Virus record (IMG/VR): IMGVR_UViG_3300006924_000108
Coordinates: 1-29,236 of that record
Origin: a virus
Lineage: Duplodnaviria > Caudoviricetes
Reading direction: 5' to 3' (one strand)
Length of the DNA: 29,236 bases
Positions 26,870-29,236 of the stretch are shown one piece after another (within the stretch, counting starts at the first letter, position 1; every line of letters starts with the position of its first letter). A program made the translations under genes and the position numbers. The notes beneath the pieces were generated by a model that was not told the origin of the DNA, ran no database searches, and saw nothing but the letters and a program-made list of their open reading frames with translations.

Positions 26870-27504
26870 CTTTCAAAGTCCTTCTTGTAGTAATTATATA
26901 TTAGATTATATACTTTTTGAGTATCATATCCTGCTAGTTGTGTTATAGAGGCATGGTGAATGTTTTTCATCAATCCCATTTCTTTCCAAATTGTTTGGTT
27001 CTCTAGTTTATGTACCTCTACTTCAGGCTCTCTATAATATACCCATGCAGGTAAGTACATCACATGGTAACTTCCCATTCTAACTAAACTTTTTTCAAAT
27101 AAATCTAAATTCTGTATAGTCCCGAAGTACGCACCATTCTCTAGTGATTGTATTGCTTTTCTTGTCCAAGTTATAATATCCCAGTCTACTATAAATCCTT
27201 CATCACAGTTATGTTTGTAAAGACTTTCCCACCTAGTTAGTGGATTTCTAATTACAGTATAGTATTTATAGTCTGGGTACTGTAATGCTAACTGGTCATA
27301 AGTTGCATGTATATTATTAAATACTGTTCCTTTTGTTGCTTTGTTTACTCCTTCTCTAATAAAATCTGCTTGTAGTCCACCTTGCCAATTTCTATGTTGG
27401 AACATAAACTTTTTATCTTGTTGAGCTAACCAAGCACGAGCAATAGAAATACCACCGCACTTAGGTATATGAATAAAACAACTTTTTTTATCATGTATGA
27501 CCAT
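26851..27504 (-). CDS. Sulfotransferase (Sulfotransfer_2-like)
   Basis: 5'-PSB FIHIPKCGGISI, 3'-PB VIRNPLTRWESLY, C-terminal YYKKDFE. Confidence 0.82.
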   Translation of the reverse strand: MVIHDKKSCFIHIPKCGGISIARAWLAQQDKKFMFQHRNWQGGLQADFIREGVNKATKGTVFNNIHATYDQLALQYPDYKYYTVIRNPLTRWESLYKHNCDEGFIVDWDIITWTRKAIQSLENGAYFGTIQNLDLFEKSLVRMGSYHVMYLPAWVYYREPEVEVHKLENQTIWKEMGLMKNIHHASITQLAGYDTQKVYNLIYNYYKKDFERWQMTE

Positions 27505-27658
27505 TGTGTATATCTTCTATTGTTTCTTCATAAATACGTCTAAAATCTTCCAAGGTTGGAAAGTCTATGTGTACTATACTTTCTTGGTTACTATATGCAA
27601 TTTCTGCACAATGACAATGCCACGCTTCTTCGAGTTGTTGTTCAGTATATAATATCAT
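27491..27658 (-). CDS. 55-aa hypothetical protein, absent from the ORF track
   Basis: MILYTEQQLEEAWHCHCAEIAYSNQESIVHIDFPTLEDFRRIYEETIEDIHNGHT; ATGA overlap with the helicase stop. Confidence 0.7.
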   Translation of the reverse strand: MILYTEQQLEEAWHCHCAEIAYSNQESIVHIDFPTLEDFRRIYEETIEDIHNGHT

Positions 27659-29013
27659 AAGTCGTAGGCATCCTCTCCTGTTGTCATTGTTTCTTTTAAT
27701 TCTGTTTTTTCATCTGGGTCTAAGGCTGTGTGAGGCCCGATCTTTAGTGTCTCCCAGTTCATTTCAGATGTAAACGGCTCAATTGAACCACTCCTCATCT
27801 TGTCACACTTAAACTTAATACAAGGCTCTGTGTCTCCCCAATGCTGAATACTGTAAGCAGCATCAACAGCATCCAAGATTCCTTTCGAGAATCTTGCCTC
27901 TCCTTTCTCATTAGTCTGGAAAGCGGAGAGAACTAGAACTTTACTCTCTTGTGCGAGAGATTTGAGACCTTTTGAGATCTCGATTTGCTCAGTCCAATCA
28001 TATTGACCTTGACGATTTGGTGCGTTATGGCGTTTTACTTGGTTTAGATAGTCTACTATTACGATACCCAAGTTAGGTAACTGGGCTTGCTTCTGTCTTA
28101 CTACACTAATAATTTTAGCTAGTGTAAGAGAAGGGTCGTAATGTATATCTATTTGAGGGATATCTGCTAATTTGTTTCTACTAAGTTGATAGTGAAACTT
28201 ATCAAAATCCTCATGATCTTTCCATTCGTTATACGCTTCTGTTCCATTATCGAATCTATTAGCCCACCATTGAGCAACTTTATCCCACTCCATAGGAGTA
28301 AGATTCTTTGCTTTGATACGACCACTGTTGATACCAGTTTGTATGCCACAGATTCTCTGTAACATTTGTCTAGTGTCCATTTCGATAGTAAAATAGAGTG
28401 CTGACTTGCCTCTTTCTTGTGCGGCAGCAGCGATGTTACAACATGTGAAGGACTTACCTCCACCACGATGTCCACCAACAACGACCAAGTCTTTGGGAGA
28501 AAAGGTATAGTCTAAGTCGTACTCTTGATTTAGACCGAGCGGTAAAAATTTTGCTAAATCTTCATCTGTATCAAATAAAGGAACTGTGTTCATGTCGTCA
28601 GCTTCGTCGTTTGTTTCGACTGCATCTTCCACTTGTACGACAATTTCTTGCAACAAGTCTATATTTTCTCTAGCGTCAGAGATTGCTACTTGATGGTCTA
28701 CATAGTTTTCTATTTTTGATAATATTTCAGATTGTGTGAATTGGTTTTTCAGATAGTCCAATAAGAGTATGGACTCGACATCTGTTTCCACGGTTTCGAT
28801 TGCATAGATTTTCTCTTGCAAATCACGAGAACGCACTTCTAGCTTCAAGTCTTCAAAGGTAGGTAGGTTATTGTACTTGTGTACATGTTTGTCTACTACT
28901 CGCCATAACTTACGATACTCTCCTTCTGGAAAGTAATGTTCTTTAAGACCATTCCAAGTCTCAAAGTCTCCGTTCGCAAGTATTTGCTTGAGTAATGCAC
29001 TCTCTAATGTCAT
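27655..29013 (-). CDS. DnaB-like replicative helicase (T5 D6-like)
   Basis: Walker A GGHRGGGKS, YFTIEM, IVDYLNQV, ARFSKGILDAVD; GGAG SD. Confidence 0.92.
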   Translation of the reverse strand: MTLESALLKQILANGDFETWNGLKEHYFPEGEYRKLWRVVDKHVHKYNNLPTFEDLKLEVRSRDLQEKIYAIETVETDVESILLLDYLKNQFTQSEILSKIENYVDHQVAISDARENIDLLQEIVVQVEDAVETNDEADDMNTVPLFDTDEDLAKFLPLGLNQEYDLDYTFSPKDLVVVGGHRGGGKSFTCCNIAAAAQERGKSALYFTIEMDTRQMLQRICGIQTGINSGRIKAKNLTPMEWDKVAQWWANRFDNGTEAYNEWKDHEDFDKFHYQLSRNKLADIPQIDIHYDPSLTLAKIISVVRQKQAQLPNLGIVIVDYLNQVKRHNAPNRQGQYDWTEQIEISKGLKSLAQESKVLVLSAFQTNEKGEARFSKGILDAVDAAYSIQHWGDTEPCIKFKCDKMRSGSIEPFTSEMNWETLKIGPHTALDPDEKTELKETMTTGEDAYDL

Positions 29014-29041
29014 TTGACTTCTCCCGAATCAAATTAAGTTG

Positions 29042-29066
29042 AAAAAAAGGCGAGCCGAAGCTCGCC
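29042..29066 (-). terminator. Intrinsic terminator downstream of D5
   Basis: Minus strand GGCGAGC-TTCG-GCTCGCC followed by T7; cUUCGg tetraloop. Confidence 0.9.
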
Positions 29067-29082
29067 CAATGATGAATAGGTA

Positions 29083-29236
29083 TTAACCTATTTCTTTTTT
29101 AGCAGCACCGTTATAGTCTGAGCACTGTAAGCCTCTTCTAGTAAGCATTGTTTTCACGCCTCTTACTGTTTTGCCGATTTCATCAGCAATTTCTTCAACA
29201 GTCATGCCGTCAATGTCGACACCTGCTAAAGGATCA
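29083..29236 (-). CDS. D5: T5 D5-like DNA-binding protein, 3' end (truncated by window)
   Basis: Manual translation DPLAGVDIDGMTVEEIADEIGKTVRGVKTMLTRRGLQCSDYNGAAKKEIG; HTH-like; upstream of the helicase as in T5. Confidence 0.85.
   Translation of the reverse strand, partial: DPLAGVDIDGMTVEEIADEIGKTVRGVKTMLTRRGLQCSDYNGAAKKEIG

Noticed and set aside
7617-26948. Plus-strand ORFs opposite the replication genes (e.g. 7617-8051, 25116-25472, 25558-25983)
   Set aside because: Antisense to well-supported genes; no recognisable motifs.
9776-29013. Introns, inteins or homing endonucleases in nrdA, pol or the helicases
   Set aside because: All are continuous and compact, with no intein termini or HNH/LAGLIDADG motifs seen.
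1-29236. Alternative genetic code, tRNA or rRNA genes
   Set aside because: Core genes translate to full length under the standard code with all three stop codons in use; almost no intergenic space and no cloverleaf seen.

Overview
AT-rich fragment of a T5-like (Demerecviridae-like) phage genome, probably aquatic or marine; the host cannot be determined from sequence. The minus strand (about 7.4-29.2 kb) carries the T5 replication module in T5 order: D5, D6 helicase, primase, PolA, conserved hypothetical, D10, hypothetical, D11, D12, D13, D14, D15. This is followed by nrdA/nrdB and is interleaved with tailoring enzymes (sulfotransferase, GNAT, two 2OG-Fe(II)-type oxygenases, an AsnB-like amidotransferase, glycosyltransferases). 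It has three consensus sigma70 promoters and one intrinsic terminator. The plus strand (1-7.4 kb) is the converging end of a probable structural operon. Its centrepiece is a 1535-aa Thr-rich protein that is a complementary palindrome at the protein level. At every landmark checked, residue i matches residue 1550-i, with aromatic residues opposite Arg/Gln and repeat blocks mirrored in number and reverse order around an acidic tip. This suggests one giant antiparallel beta-hairpin fibre (inferred, about 230 nm), encoded next to four glycosyltransferase-like genes that may glycosylate it.
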